DNA from: Rhodobacterales bacterium
GTDB taxonomy: Bacteria; Pseudomonadota; Alphaproteobacteria; Rhodobacterales; Rhodobacteraceae
Reading direction: 5' to 3'
Assembly: GCA_014763725.1 (NCBI GenBank)
Contig: JACXUX010000001.1
Span: forward strand, 1-45,747
DNA length: 45,747 bases
The translations under genes and the position numbers were made by a program. Shown here one piece after another: positions 19,939-37,080 of this stretch; position 1 is the first letter of the stretch, and the number at the start of each line of letters is the position of its first letter. The notes beneath the pieces are model-generated. The model was not told where the DNA came from. It searched no databases and saw nothing but the letters and a program-made list of their open reading frames with translations.

Positions 19939-20022
19939 CGTTGACGCACGACACGACGGCGACGAACGACACGATGACGAACGGGACGACGGGCGCAGGC
20001 CCGCGGCAGGGGTAAGGCAGGC

Positions 20023-20556
20023 ATGGCGAAGCGGTGGTATTCGGTGAGCGTCCTCTCGAACTTCGAGAAGCAGGTCGCCGAAAAGATCAGGCAGGCCGTT
20101 GCCGAAAAGGGCCTTGAGGACGAGATCGACGAAGTGCTGGTGCCCACCGAAGAGGTGATCGAGTTGCGGCGCGGCAAGAAGGTCACGACCGAGCGCCGCT
20201 TAATGCCGGGCTATGTGCTGGTGCACATGGAGATGTCGACCCAGGGCTATCACCTGATCTCGTCGATCAACCGGGTGACGGGGTTTCTGGGCCCGCAGGG
20301 CAAGCCGATGCCGATGCGCGACGCCGAGGTGAACGGCATCCTGCACCGGGTGGAAGAGGGGAAGGAAGCCCCGCGCAGCGTGATCCGGTTCGAGATCGGC
20401 GAACGCGTCAAGGTGGCCGACGGCCCGTTCGAGGGCTTTGACGGCATGGTGGAAGAGGTGGACGAGGCGCACAACCGCCTGAAGGTGTCCGTCTCGATCT
20501 TCGGCCGGGCGACCCCGGTCGAGCTGGAATTCGGCCAGGTGTCCAGGGGCGTCTGA
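20023..20556 (+). CDS. nusG: Transcription termination/antitermination factor NusG
   Basis: 177 aa. MAKRWYSVSVLSNFEKQV (NGN domain) and a C-terminal KOW segment GERVKVADGPFEGFDGMVEEVD. Confidence 0.95.
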   Translation: MAKRWYSVSVLSNFEKQVAEKIRQAVAEKGLEDEIDEVLVPTEEVIELRRGKKVTTERRLMPGYVLVHMEMSTQGYHLISSINRVTGFLGPQGKPMPMRDAEVNGILHRVEEGKEAPRSVIRFEIGERVKVADGPFEGFDGMVEEVDEAHNRLKVSVSIFGRATPVELEFGQVSRGV

Positions 20557-20653
20557 CCGCTGCGTGGGAGGCGCGCGCATCCGCCCGGCGGATGTTGCAG
20601 ACCGGACCACTAAACCGCGCCCGCCGGGCGCCGTGTGAGAAGGAGATGGCCCC

Positions 20654-21106
20654 ATGGCCAAGAAAGTGATCGGCAGCCTCAAGCTGCAGGTGAAGGCCGG
20701 ACAGGCCAACCCCTCGCCCCCCGTCGGTCCCGCGCTGGGTCAGCGCGGCCTGAACATCATGGCCTTCGTCAAGGAATTCAACGCGAAGACCGCCGACCTG
20801 GAACCCGGTGCACCGACCCCGGTCGTGATCACCTACTACCAGGACAAGTCCTTCACGCTGGAATTCAAGACGCCGCCGGCGTCGTGGTTCCTGAAGAAGG
20901 CCGCGGGCCTGAAGCCGGTGGGCAAGCGTAACCGCATGAAGGGTTCGGTCAAGCCGGGCCGCGAAGTCGCGGGCACGGTGACCGTGGCGCAGGTGCGCCA
21001 GATCGCCGAGGCGAAGATGAAGGATCTGAACGCCAACTCGATCGAGGCGGCGATGCAGATCATCCTGGGCTCTGCCCGGTCCTGCGGCATACAGGTGAAG
21101 GGCTGA
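20654..21106 (+). CDS. rplK: 50S ribosomal protein L11
   Basis: 150 aa with [50 protein letters not shown] lies upstream. Confidence 0.95.
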   Translation: MAKKVIGSLKLQVKAGQANPSPPVGPALGQRGLNIMAFVKEFNAKTADLEPGAPTPVVITYYQDKSFTLEFKTPPASWFLKKAAGLKPVGKRNRMKGSVKPGREVAGTVTVAQVRQIAEAKMKDLNANSIEAAMQIILGSARSCGIQVKG

Positions 21107-21110
21107 GACC

Positions 21111-21809
21111 ATGGCAAAGATGGGTAAACGCAAGGCCGCGGCCGAAGTGCTGTTCGACGGCAAGACCAACCTGACGGTCGAGGACGCGGTCGCGCTGATC
21201 AAGAAGGCGGCCACCGCCAAGTTCGACGAGACGGTCGAAGTGGCGATGAACCTGGGTGTCGACCCGCGGCACGCCGACCAGATGGTCCGCGGCGTGGTGA
21301 CGCTGCCCAACGGCACCGGCAAGACGGTGCGCGTGGCGGTCTTCGCCCGCGGCGCCAAGGCCGACGAGGCAAAGGCCGCCGGGGCCGAGATCGTCGGCGC
21401 CGAGGACCTGATGGAACGCATCCAGGGCGGCAACATCGACTTCGACCGCTGCATCGCCACCCCCGACATGATGCCGCTGGTCGGCCGTCTGGGCAAGATC
21501 CTGGGCCCCCGCAACCTGATGCCGAACCCCAAGGTGGGCACGGTGACGATGGACGTGGCCACGGCGGTCAAGAACGCCAAGGGCGGCGAAGTGCAGTTCA
21601 AGGTCGAAAAGGCCGGCGTGATCCATGCCGGCGTGGGCAAGGTGTCGTTCGACGAGGCCAAGCTGGCCGAGAACGTCCGCGCCTTCGTCGATGCCGTGAC
21701 GCGGGCCAAGCCGTCGGGCGCCAAGGGCACCTATGTCAAGAAGGTGTCGCTGTCCTCGACCATGGGTCCGGGCGTCAGCGTCGACCTGGCCTCGGCCGCC
21801 GGCCGCTGA
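21111..21809 (+). CDS. rplA: 50S ribosomal protein L1
   Basis: 232 aa with an L1 signature region [34 protein letters not shown]. Starts 4 nt after the rplK stop. Confidence 0.95.
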   Translation: MAKMGKRKAAAEVLFDGKTNLTVEDAVALIKKAATAKFDETVEVAMNLGVDPRHADQMVRGVVTLPNGTGKTVRVAVFARGAKADEAKAAGAEIVGAEDLMERIQGGNIDFDRCIATPDMMPLVGRLGKILGPRNLMPNPKVGTVTMDVATAVKNAKGGEVQFKVEKAGVIHAGVGKVSFDEAKLAENVRAFVDAVTRAKPSGAKGTYVKKVSLSSTMGPGVSVDLASAAGR

Positions 21810-22035
21810 GCGGCCAACGAATTCCTGACCCTTCGGGGGTGGGATGGCGGGGCGGCAACGCCCCGTCCTGTCCGAGACGGTGGGTGGCGGAAACGCCTTA
21901 ATGTCCTGCCTGAGATGGGGATCAGACGGATTGACCGGGTTTCCGGGCGGTCTTGGACGGTTCCTGATCGGACCCGATGCCCCCGCAAGGGGGCGGATGT
22001 GAGCCGGGGGGAAACCCCCAACTTGGAGTGGAACT
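21810..22035 (+). promoter_or_regulatory. rplJ-rplL leader region (expected L10(L12)4 autoregulatory leader)
   Basis: 226-nt untranslated gap between rplA and rplJ, where the ribosomal protein L10 leader lies in other proteobacteria. I could not fold it by eye, so the call rests on position only. Confidence 0.35.
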
Positions 22036-22551
22036 GTGGATAGAGCCCAGAAAGAGCAAGTGGTCGAGGAACTCGGCCAGATCTTCGAAAGCTCTGGCGT
22101 CGTGGTGGTTGCACACTACGAAGGCATGACGGTTGCCCAGATGCAGGACCTGCGCGCGCAGATGCGCGAAGTGGGCGGGTCCGTGCGCGTTGCCAAGAAC
22201 AGGCTCGCCAAGATCGCCCTGCAGGGCAAGCCCGCCGAACAGATGGGTGCGCTGCTGAAGGGCATGACCGTCTTTGCCTTTTCCGAGGACCCCGTCGCTG
22301 CGGCGAAGGTTGCGGAAGCCTATGCCAAGAAGAACGACAAGTTCGTGATCCTTGGCGGGGCGATGGGCAAGGACGTTCTGGACCAGGCCGGTGTCAAGGC
22401 CGTGGCATCGCTGCCGTCGCGCGAGGAGCTTATCGCTTCGGTCGTGGCGTGCATCGGCGCCCCTGCCTCTGCCATCGCCGGTGCCATTGGCGCGCCTGCT
22501 TCGAACATCGCCGGCATCCTCAAGACCCTTGAGGAGCGGGAAGCCGCCTGA
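22036..22551 (+). CDS. rplJ: 50S ribosomal protein L10
   Basis: 171 aa with a GTG start at 22036 ([40 protein letters not shown]). Confidence 0.9.
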   Translation: MDRAQKEQVVEELGQIFESSGVVVVAHYEGMTVAQMQDLRAQMREVGGSVRVAKNRLAKIALQGKPAEQMGALLKGMTVFAFSEDPVAAAKVAEAYAKKNDKFVILGGAMGKDVLDQAGVKAVASLPSREELIASVVACIGAPASAIAGAIGAPASNIAGILKTLEEREAA

Positions 22552-22620
22552 GCGATCGACATGGCTGCGCGGGACGACCCCCGCGCGCCGGACCCCATCT
22601 AGACAGACTGGAACCTGAAA

Positions 22621-22998
22621 ATGGCTGACCTGAACAAACTCGCCGAAGACATCGTCAACCTGACCCTGCTGCAGGCTCAGGAACTGAAGCAGATCCTCAA
22701 GGACAAGTACGGCATCGAGCCCGCCGCCGGCGGCGCGGTGATGATGGCCGCCGGTCCCGCCGCGGCTGCCGCCCCGGCCGAGGAAGAAAAGACCGAGTTC
22801 GACGTCGTGCTGACCGAAGCCGGCCCGAACAAGATCAACGTCATCAAGGAAGTCCGCGCCATCACCGGCCTGGGCCTGAAGGAAGCCAAGGACCTGGTCG
22901 AAGCCGGCGGCAAGGTCAAGGATCAGCTGCCCAAGGCCGAGGCCGAGGACATCAAGAAGAAGCTCGAAGCGGCTGGCGCCAAGGTCGAGCTGAAGTGA
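22621..22998 (+). CDS. rplL: 50S ribosomal protein L7/L12
   Basis: 125 aa with an Ala/Pro hinge [20 protein letters not shown] and C-terminal [19 protein letters not shown]. Confidence 0.95.
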   Translation: MADLNKLAEDIVNLTLLQAQELKQILKDKYGIEPAAGGAVMMAAGPAAAAAPAEEEKTEFDVVLTEAGPNKINVIKEVRAITGLGLKEAKDLVEAGGKVKDQLPKAEAEDIKKKLEAAGAKVELK

Positions 22999-23000
22999 TC

Positions 23001-23025
23001 CGGCGGATGCCTTGCGCATCCACCG
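23001..23025 (+). promoter_or_regulatory. Hairpin in the rplL-rpoB spacer (possible partial attenuator)
   Basis: CGGCGGATGC-CTTGC-GCATCCACCG begins 3 nt after the rplL stop, with no U-tract. The position corresponds to the known rplL-rpoB attenuator of enterobacteria. Confidence 0.3.
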
Positions 23026-23241
23026 TCTGACGATCAGGCTGGGCCGGGGGTGACCCCGGTCCAGCCGAACCCGTCTTGGCAGGGCCTTTCGCGCAAAGGA
23101 TCTTCCAGGACCGGTTCGGGTTCGGGCGCCCGCCGACGGGACGGCGGACAGGAATGGAACCCGGGACTTCCTGTTTCAGATGCCAGGCGGACCGTGGCCC
23201 GACGGTGCCCGCCCGGCCGGAAACGAAAGGTGACGACACAC

Positions 23242-27375
<4,134 letters not shown>

Positions 27376-27379
27376 CGCG

Positions 27380-28138
27380 ATGGAACCATCGCGCGCGTTC
27401 CTCTTCGTCGGCGGCAATGCCCGCAGCGGGACCACCGCCCTGGTGGCCCTGCTGAACTGCCACAGGGACGTGTTCCTGATGGTGGAACGGTATCTGACCG
27501 AGTTCCTGAAGGGCCAGCTGACGGCCGCGCATTACGCGCGCGACCGGATCCTGGCCGACAGCCGGGGCCTGCCGCATCTGGCCGAGGGCGAGGACATGGC
27601 CGCGCGGTTCGACCGCGCGCGGCTGATGGGCGACAAGTTTCCCGCCCTGTCGGCCGGGTTCGACCTGCTGGACGCCCAGTTTCCGGGCGCGCGGCTGGTC
27701 TATATCGTCCGCAACCCGTTTTCGGTGGTGGAAAGCTATCAGGCGCGCTTCGACGAAGGGTCGTGGAAGCGCGACGCCCGCCGCGGCATCCAGCAGTGGA
27801 ACGACAGCATGCGCCTGGGCCTGGCCCGGGTGCAGGCCGGCCAGCCGCTGATCGTGGTCCGCTACGAAACCCTGTTCCGGTCCGAGCCCGAGATGCTGGC
27901 GCTGTTCGCAGCCCTGGGGCTGGACCCTGCGGGCGTCGACATGGACCGGCTGCGGTTCCTGTCGGCCAAGGCGCAGGATCTGGCCGAGACCGCGGTGCCC
28001 CGGAACGAGGATCTGCGGATGCTGGTTTCGGACGAGGCCGATTTCGGCGCCTATCGGGCGCTGCTGCGGACCCAGGGCCTGCGGGCCAAGGACGATACGA
28101 AGACCCGGCCCGCGTCGCGGACCGTGGCGGCAGTCTGA
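27380..28138 (+). CDS. Sulfotransferase-fold (PAPS-dependent type) protein encoded between rpoB and rpoC
   Basis: 252 aa from MEPSRAFLFVGG. ATG at 27380 lies 4 nt after the rpoB TGA (27373-27375), with GAGGA at 27367-27371. The alternative ATG at 27365 overlaps rpoB. 5'-PSB-like P-loop FVGGNARSGTTAL, 3'-PB-like RLVYIVRNPFSVVESY, and C-terminal VRYETLFRSEPEMLALFAALGLDP. The stop lies 18 nt before the rpoC ATG. Confidence 0.7.
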   Translation: MEPSRAFLFVGGNARSGTTALVALLNCHRDVFLMVERYLTEFLKGQLTAAHYARDRILADSRGLPHLAEGEDMAARFDRARLMGDKFPALSAGFDLLDAQFPGARLVYIVRNPFSVVESYQARFDEGSWKRDARRGIQQWNDSMRLGLARVQAGQPLIVVRYETLFRSEPEMLALFAALGLDPAGVDMDRLRFLSAKAQDLAETAVPRNEDLRMLVSDEADFGAYRALLRTQGLRAKDDTKTRPASRTVAAV

Positions 28139-28156
28139 CATTCATCGGGTGAACAC

Positions 28157-32398
<4,242 letters not shown>

Positions 32399-32420
32399 CC
32401 CGGCCTGCCTGACCCCCGGC

Positions 32421-32451
32421 CCCCGCGGCACCGCCGCGGGGGCTTTCTTTT
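32421..32451 (+). terminator. Rho-independent terminator of the rpoBC transcript
   Basis: CCCCGCGGC-ACC-GCCGCGGGG (32421-32441) followed by CTTTCTTTTG, 23 nt after the rpoC stop. Confidence 0.75.
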
Positions 32452-32539
32452 GCGCGCCCGCTGGTCTTGGCCCCGCCGCGGCGCTAGCCAGCGCCGGATT
32501 GGGGCCCCGGGCGGGGCCGCACCGGGGTGCGACGGCAAG

Positions 32540-33412
32540 ATGGCGGCAAGCGACAATCTGCGCGCGGCGGGGCTGATGACGCTGGGCATGGCGGGGTTCG
32601 CGCTGTCGGATGCCTGCATGAAGCTGGTCTCGGCCCTTCTGCCGCTGGATCAGGCCATCGCGCTGCGCGGGGTGCTGACGGTGGCCGCGCTGGGGGCGCT
32701 GGCCGCCTGGCAGGGCAGCTGGCGTGCGCGCCTGCCGCGGCGCGACTGGGCGCGGATCGGGCTGCGCACCCTGGCCGAGGTGGCCGCCGCCTGGCTGTTT
32801 CTGGCCGCGCTGTTCCGCATGCCGCTGGCCAATGTCTCGGCCATCCTGCAGGCGCTGCCGCTGACGGTGTCGCTGGGGGCGGCGCTGTTCCTGGCCGAGT
32901 CGATGGGCTGGCGGCGGCTGACCGCGATCGCGGTGGGGTTCGTGGGCGTGCTGATGATCGTCCAGCCCGGGACGGACGGGTTCACCGTCTGGTCGTTGCT
33001 GGCGGTGGGGTCGGTCCTGACGGTGGCGGTGCGCGATCTGGCCACGCGGCGGATGTCGGCCGCGGTGCCCTCGGGGCTGGTGGCGCTGTGCGCGGCCTGC
33101 GGGGTGACGGGATCGGCTTTGCTGGTGGGGTTGCGCGGCGGCTGGGTTGACCCGCCCCCTGTGGCCTGGGGCGCGCTGGCGGTGTCGGCCGCGGCGGTGG
33201 TGACGGGCTATCTGATGGTCATCGGCGCCATGCGCTGGGGCGAGGTGTCGTCGGTCGCGCCCTTCCGCTATACCGGGCTGATCTGGTCGCTGCTGCTGGG
33301 GCTGACGCTGTTCGGCAGCTGGCCCGATCGGCTGACGCTTGCCGGTTCGGCGGTGGTCATCGCATCCGGGCTTTACACGCTGTGGCGCGAAACGCGAAGA
33401 CGAAGGGAATGA
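32540..33412 (+). CDS. DMT superfamily (EamA-like) transporter
   Basis: 290 aa from MAASDNLRAAGLMTLGMAGFALSDACMKLV (ATG at 32540), with ten predicted hydrophobic segments. The track ORF start at 32450 lies inside the rpoC terminator region. Confidence 0.7.
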   Translation: MAASDNLRAAGLMTLGMAGFALSDACMKLVSALLPLDQAIALRGVLTVAALGALAAWQGSWRARLPRRDWARIGLRTLAEVAAAWLFLAALFRMPLANVSAILQALPLTVSLGAALFLAESMGWRRLTAIAVGFVGVLMIVQPGTDGFTVWSLLAVGSVLTVAVRDLATRRMSAAVPSGLVALCAACGVTGSALLVGLRGGWVDPPPVAWGALAVSAAAVVTGYLMVIGAMRWGEVSSVAPFRYTGLIWSLLLGLTLFGSWPDRLTLAGSAVVIASGLYTLWRETRRRRE

Positions 33413-33468
33413 CCGGTGCCCGACCGCCCTGTCACGAAACCATCATTTCCGCGTCCTAGACAGGCGCG

Positions 33469-34230
33469 ATGCCCCGAGGGGGCCCGAGGTATGCCGTGCC
33501 GCCCTGCCACTTGAGCATCGTGATCCCGGTCCGGAACGAGGCCGACAACCTGCCCGCCCTGCTGGACGAGATCGACGCGGCCCTGGCCGCCCAAGCCCCC
33601 TATGAGGTGATCGTCGTCGACGACGGCTCGACCGATGCCACCGCGGCGGTGCTGGCCGCGCGGGCGGCCACGGCCCCGCATCTGCGCGTGCTGCGCCACC
33701 CCCGGTCGGGCGGGCAGAGTGCCGCGATCCATTCGGGGGTGCTGGCCGCGCGGGCCGATGTGGTGGCCACGCTGGACGGCGACGGCCAGAACCCGCCCGC
33801 CGACCTGCCGCGGCTTGTCGCGCCCCTGCTGGGCGGCCCGCCCGGGCTGGGGCTGGTCGCGGGCCAGCGGGTCGGGCGCAAGGACACGCTGTCGAAACGC
33901 CTGGCCAGCCGGGCGGCCAATGCGATCCGCAGCTGGGCGCTGGCCGACGGAACGCGCGACACAGGCTGCGGGCTCAAGGCGTTCCGCCGCGACGCCTTTC
34001 TGCGGCTGCCCTATTTCGACCACATGCACCGCTATCTGCCCGCGCTGTTCGCCCGCGACGGCTGGCAGATCCGCCTGGTCGACGTGGGCCATCGGCCGCG
34101 CGGGGCAGGGCGGTCGAACTATACCAACCTGCAGCGCGCGCTGGTGGGCGCGGTGGATCTGCTGGGCGTGATGTGGCTGATCCGGCGGCGCAAGAAGGCG
34201 CAGCCGGCCGCGACAGGAGAGAGTGAATGA
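33469..34230 (+). CDS. Family 2 glycosyltransferase, polyprenol-phosphate glycosyltransferase type (ArnC/GtrB/DPM1-like)
   Basis: 253 aa. LSIVIPVRNEADNLPALLDEI, VIVVDDGSTDAT, DGDGQNPP (DXD region) and a C-terminal TM segment VGAVDLLGVMWLIRRR. Confidence 0.8.
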   Translation: MPRGGPRYAVPPCHLSIVIPVRNEADNLPALLDEIDAALAAQAPYEVIVVDDGSTDATAAVLAARAATAPHLRVLRHPRSGGQSAAIHSGVLAARADVVATLDGDGQNPPADLPRLVAPLLGGPPGLGLVAGQRVGRKDTLSKRLASRAANAIRSWALADGTRDTGCGLKAFRRDAFLRLPYFDHMHRYLPALFARDGWQIRLVDVGHRPRGAGRSNYTNLQRALVGAVDLLGVMWLIRRRKKAQPAATGESE

Positions 34231-34538
34231 TCGAGGCGCTGATGTCCTTCTTTCACGCCGGTTCGCCTGCCGAGCTGGCCTGGATCGGGTTCGGCCTGTT
34301 CGGGCAGCTGATGTTTTCCGGCCGGTTCATCGTGCAGTGGATCGCGTCCGAAAAGGCGCGCGCCTCGGTCATCCCGCTGGCGTTCTGGTATTTCTCGATG
34401 GGCGGGGGCGTCGTGCTGCTGTCCTATGCGATCTACCGGATGGATCCGGTGTTCATCATGGGCCAGTCGCTGGGCGTGGTGATCTATTCGCGCAATCTGT
34501 GGCTGATCCATGCCAACCGCCGCGAAGCCCGGGGTTGA
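34227..34538 (+). CDS. Lipid-A-disaccharide synthase N-terminal (LAB_N) domain membrane protein
   Basis: 103 aa with an ATGA overlap onto the GT2 stop. GQLMFSGRFIVQWIASEKARASVIPLAFWYFSMGGGVVLLSYAIYRMDPVFIMGQSLGVVIYSRN matches the LAB_N pattern. Confidence 0.7.
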   Translation: MIEALMSFFHAGSPAELAWIGFGLFGQLMFSGRFIVQWIASEKARASVIPLAFWYFSMGGGVVLLSYAIYRMDPVFIMGQSLGVVIYSRNLWLIHANRREARG

Positions 34539-35952
34539 GGCCTGGCTGCCCCCGGCGCTGGCCATCGTCGCCGCGGTGACCGCGGCGCGGCTGGCGCTGC
34601 TGGCGGTCAACGGCACCGACCTGTTCGTGGACGAGGCGCAGTACTGGCTTTGGGGTCAGAGCTTTGCCTGGGGCTATTACTCCAAGCCGCCGATGATCGG
34701 CTGGGTGATCGGGCTGTCGACGGCGCTGGGGGGCGACGGGACCTTCTGGGTGCGGGCGCCCTTCCCGCTGTTCCAGGGGGCGGCGGCGCTGGTGCTGGCG
34801 GCGCTGGCGGCGCAGGTGGCGGGGGCGCGGGCTGCGGTCTGGACGGCGGCGGCCTATGTCACGCTGCCCATGGCAGCGGTGGGCAGCCTGCTGGCCTCGA
34901 CCGACAGCGTGATGGCGCCGTTCTTCGCCGTGGCCATCCTGGCGCATCTGCGGCTGTGCGAGACGCGCGCGCCGGGGTGGGCGGTGGCGGCCGGTGTGGC
35001 CACGGGGCTGGCCATCCTGTCGAAATATGCCGGGGCCTATCTGGTGCTGGGCTATGCGCTGGCCGCGATCTGGCCAGACCGGCGGCCGGGCTGGCGCAAT
35101 GCGGCGCTGCTGGCGCTGGCCTGTGCGGTGCTGGTGGCGCCGAATCTGTGGTGGAACCTGCAGAACGGGCTGGCCACGCTGCAGCACACGGCCGACAACG
35201 TGGGCTGGGTGCGGCAAGGTGCGCAACAGGGGCTGAACCCCGCCGGCCTGGCGGAATTCGTGGGGGCGCAGTTCGGCGTGATGGGGCCGGGGCTGTTCGC
35301 GGCCTGGCTGGTGGCGCTGGCGCGGGGGCGGCGGACGCCGCCTGCGCTGCGGCGGCTGCTGCCGTTCAGCCTGCCGGCCTTCGTCATCGTCTGCGGCCAG
35401 GCCCTGGCCGAGCGGGCCTATGCCAACTGGGCGGCCAGCGCGTGGCTCGCGGGCACGGTGGTGGCGGTGGGGGTGCTGCTGGCGCGGCCGCGGCTGCTGG
35501 CGCTGGCGGTGGGGGTGAATGCCGCGGTGGCGCTGGCGCTGCCGGTTCTGACGGTCTTTCCGGGCCTTGCGGTGAACGGCACGCCGGTGCTGGAACGCTA
35601 TCTGGGCCGCCGGGACCTGAGCCTGCAGATCCTGGACGCAGCCCGCGCCACGGGGCAGGGCGTGATCGTGGCCGACAAGCGCGACGTGCTGGCCGACCTG
35701 TTCCACACCGGGCGCGACAGCGGGCTTTCGATCCACGCCCGCCCGCCGACGGGCCGGCCGATGAACCATTACGAACAGGCCCATCCGCTGCCGGCGGGGC
35801 AGGGGGGCACGGTGCTGCTGGTGACGGCCCAGCCGCCGGTCTGCGACGGCGCGCCCGTGGCCCCCGCCGTGCGGTTCGACACCGCGGGGGGCACCTATCG
35901 CCGGCAGGCCTTTGCCGGCTATGTCATTGCGGCCAACTGTCTGGCGCGCTGA
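34510..35952 (+). CDS. GT-C fold glycosyltransferase, ArnT/PMT_2-like (GT39/GT83)
   Basis: 480 aa, overlapping the preceding gene by 29 nt. N-terminal FVDEAQYWLWGQSFAWGYYSKPPMIGWVIG is followed by many TM segments and a soluble C-terminal domain. Confidence 0.75.
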   Translation: MPTAAKPGVEAWLPPALAIVAAVTAARLALLAVNGTDLFVDEAQYWLWGQSFAWGYYSKPPMIGWVIGLSTALGGDGTFWVRAPFPLFQGAAALVLAALAAQVAGARAAVWTAAAYVTLPMAAVGSLLASTDSVMAPFFAVAILAHLRLCETRAPGWAVAAGVATGLAILSKYAGAYLVLGYALAAIWPDRRPGWRNAALLALACAVLVAPNLWWNLQNGLATLQHTADNVGWVRQGAQQGLNPAGLAEFVGAQFGVMGPGLFAAWLVALARGRRTPPALRRLLPFSLPAFVIVCGQALAERAYANWAASAWLAGTVVAVGVLLARPRLLALAVGVNAAVALALPVLTVFPGLAVNGTPVLERYLGRRDLSLQILDAARATGQGVIVADKRDVLADLFHTGRDSGLSIHARPPTGRPMNHYEQAHPLPAGQGGTVLLVTAQPPVCDGAPVAPAVRFDTAGGTYRRQAFAGYVIAANCLAR

Positions 35953-35964
35953 TCCCGGGCCTTG

Positions 35965-35993
35965 TTGACAAGGGCGGCGACTCCCCCTATAGG
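35965..35993 (+). promoter_or_regulatory. Near-consensus sigma70 promoter of the str (rpsL-rpsG-fusA-tuf) operon
   Basis: TTGACA (35965-35970), 17-nt spacer, TATAGG (35988-35993), about 215 nt upstream of the rpsL ATG. Confidence 0.6.
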
Positions 35994-36208
35994 GCAGCAT
36001 CCGCGCGGCGCCCTCCGGGTGTGCCGCGTGGATCTGACAGAACTATGTGGTCACGATCCGGGCCCTTGGCCCCGATCCTCTGGAATTCCACCGCGTCGTC
36101 CCCGCGAAGGGGACGCATGCGGTATTGGCGTTTGCGGACGCGCAGATGCCGGCAGTGCGCCCCCGGGGGCGCGATCATGAACGGGTTGCAACACGGGGTA
36201 AGACCGGA

Positions 36209-36580
36209 ATGCCGACGATCCAACAGCTGATCCGCAAACCGCGGGAGGCGAACGCAAGAAAGTCCAAGTCGCAGCACCTGGAGGGCTGCCCGCAGAAGCG
36301 GGGCGTCTGCACGCGCGTCTACACCACCACGCCGAAGAAGCCGAACTCGGCCATGCGGAAAGTGGCCAAGGTCCGTCTGACCAACGGGTTCGAGGTCATC
36401 AGCTACATCCCCGGCGAAAAGCACAACCTGCAGGAACACAGCGTGGTCCTGATCCGCGGCGGCCGGGTGAAGGACCTTCCGGGCGTGCGTTACCACATCC
36501 TGCGCGGCGTTCTGGATACCCAGGGCGTCAAAGACCGTCGCCAGCGTCGTTCGAAATACGGCGCCAAGCGTCCGAAGTGA
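36209..36580 (+). CDS. rpsL: 30S ribosomal protein S12
   Basis: 123 aa, [57 protein letters not shown]. Confidence 0.97.
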   Translation: MPTIQQLIRKPREANARKSKSQHLEGCPQKRGVCTRVYTTTPKKPNSAMRKVAKVRLTNGFEVISYIPGEKHNLQEHSVVLIRGGRVKDLPGVRYHILRGVLDTQGVKDRRQRRSKYGAKRPK

Positions 36581-36591
36581 GGAAGTAAGCA

Positions 36592-37062
36592 ATGTCCCGC
36601 CGTCACGCTGCCGAAAAGCGCGAAATCCTGCCCGACGCCAAGTATGGCGACCGGGTGGTGACGAAGTTCATGAACAACCTGATGATCGACGGCAAGAAGT
36701 CGGTCGCGGAATCGATCGTCTACAACGCGCTGGATCGCGTGCAGTCCCGCCTGAAGCGCGACGCCGTGCAGGCCTTCCATGACGCGCTGGACAATGTGAA
36801 GCCCTCGGTCGAAGTGCGCTCGCGCCGCGTCGGCGGGGCCACCTATCAGGTGCCCGTCGAGGTCCGCCCCGAGCGCCGCGAGGCGCTGGCGATCCGCTGG
36901 CTGATCACCGCCGCGCGCAAGCGCAACGAGAACACCATGGAAGAGCGTCTGGCCGCCGAACTGGCCGATGCGTGCAACAACCGCGGCACCGCGGTGAAGA
37001 AGCGCGAAGACACCCACAAGATGGCCGACGCGAACAAAGCGTTCAGCCATTACCGCTGGTAA
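36592..37062 (+). CDS. rpsG: 30S ribosomal protein S7
   Basis: 156 aa, [40 protein letters not shown]. Confidence 0.97.
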   Translation: MSRRHAAEKREILPDAKYGDRVVTKFMNNLMIDGKKSVAESIVYNALDRVQSRLKRDAVQAFHDALDNVKPSVEVRSRRVGGATYQVPVEVRPERREALAIRWLITAARKRNENTMEERLAAELADACNNRGTAVKKREDTHKMADANKAFSHYRW

Positions 37063-37080
37063 GCCGGAAGGACGCCCATC

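Noticed and set aside
19941-20015. Thr-rich mini-ORF (TTG-start MTHDTTATNDTMTNGTTGAGPRQG, or the 13-aa ATG version from 19974) just upstream of nusG, superficially reminiscent of the thrL leader peptide.
   Set aside because: The hairpin and T-tract lie upstream of the mini-ORF, not downstream, so classic ribosome-mediated attenuation geometry is absent. nusG is not an amino-acid biosynthesis gene. The Thr richness is a by-product of the ACG-repeat composition. It is mentioned only as a curiosity.
20654-21106. L11 is about 8 aa longer than the E. coli protein because of an insertion ([17 protein letters not shown] region) in the inter-domain linker.
   Set aside because: As far as I recall, similar linker insertions are normal in alphaproteobacterial L11. 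The reading frame is intact and the flanking motifs are conserved, so nothing anomalous can be claimed without an alignment.
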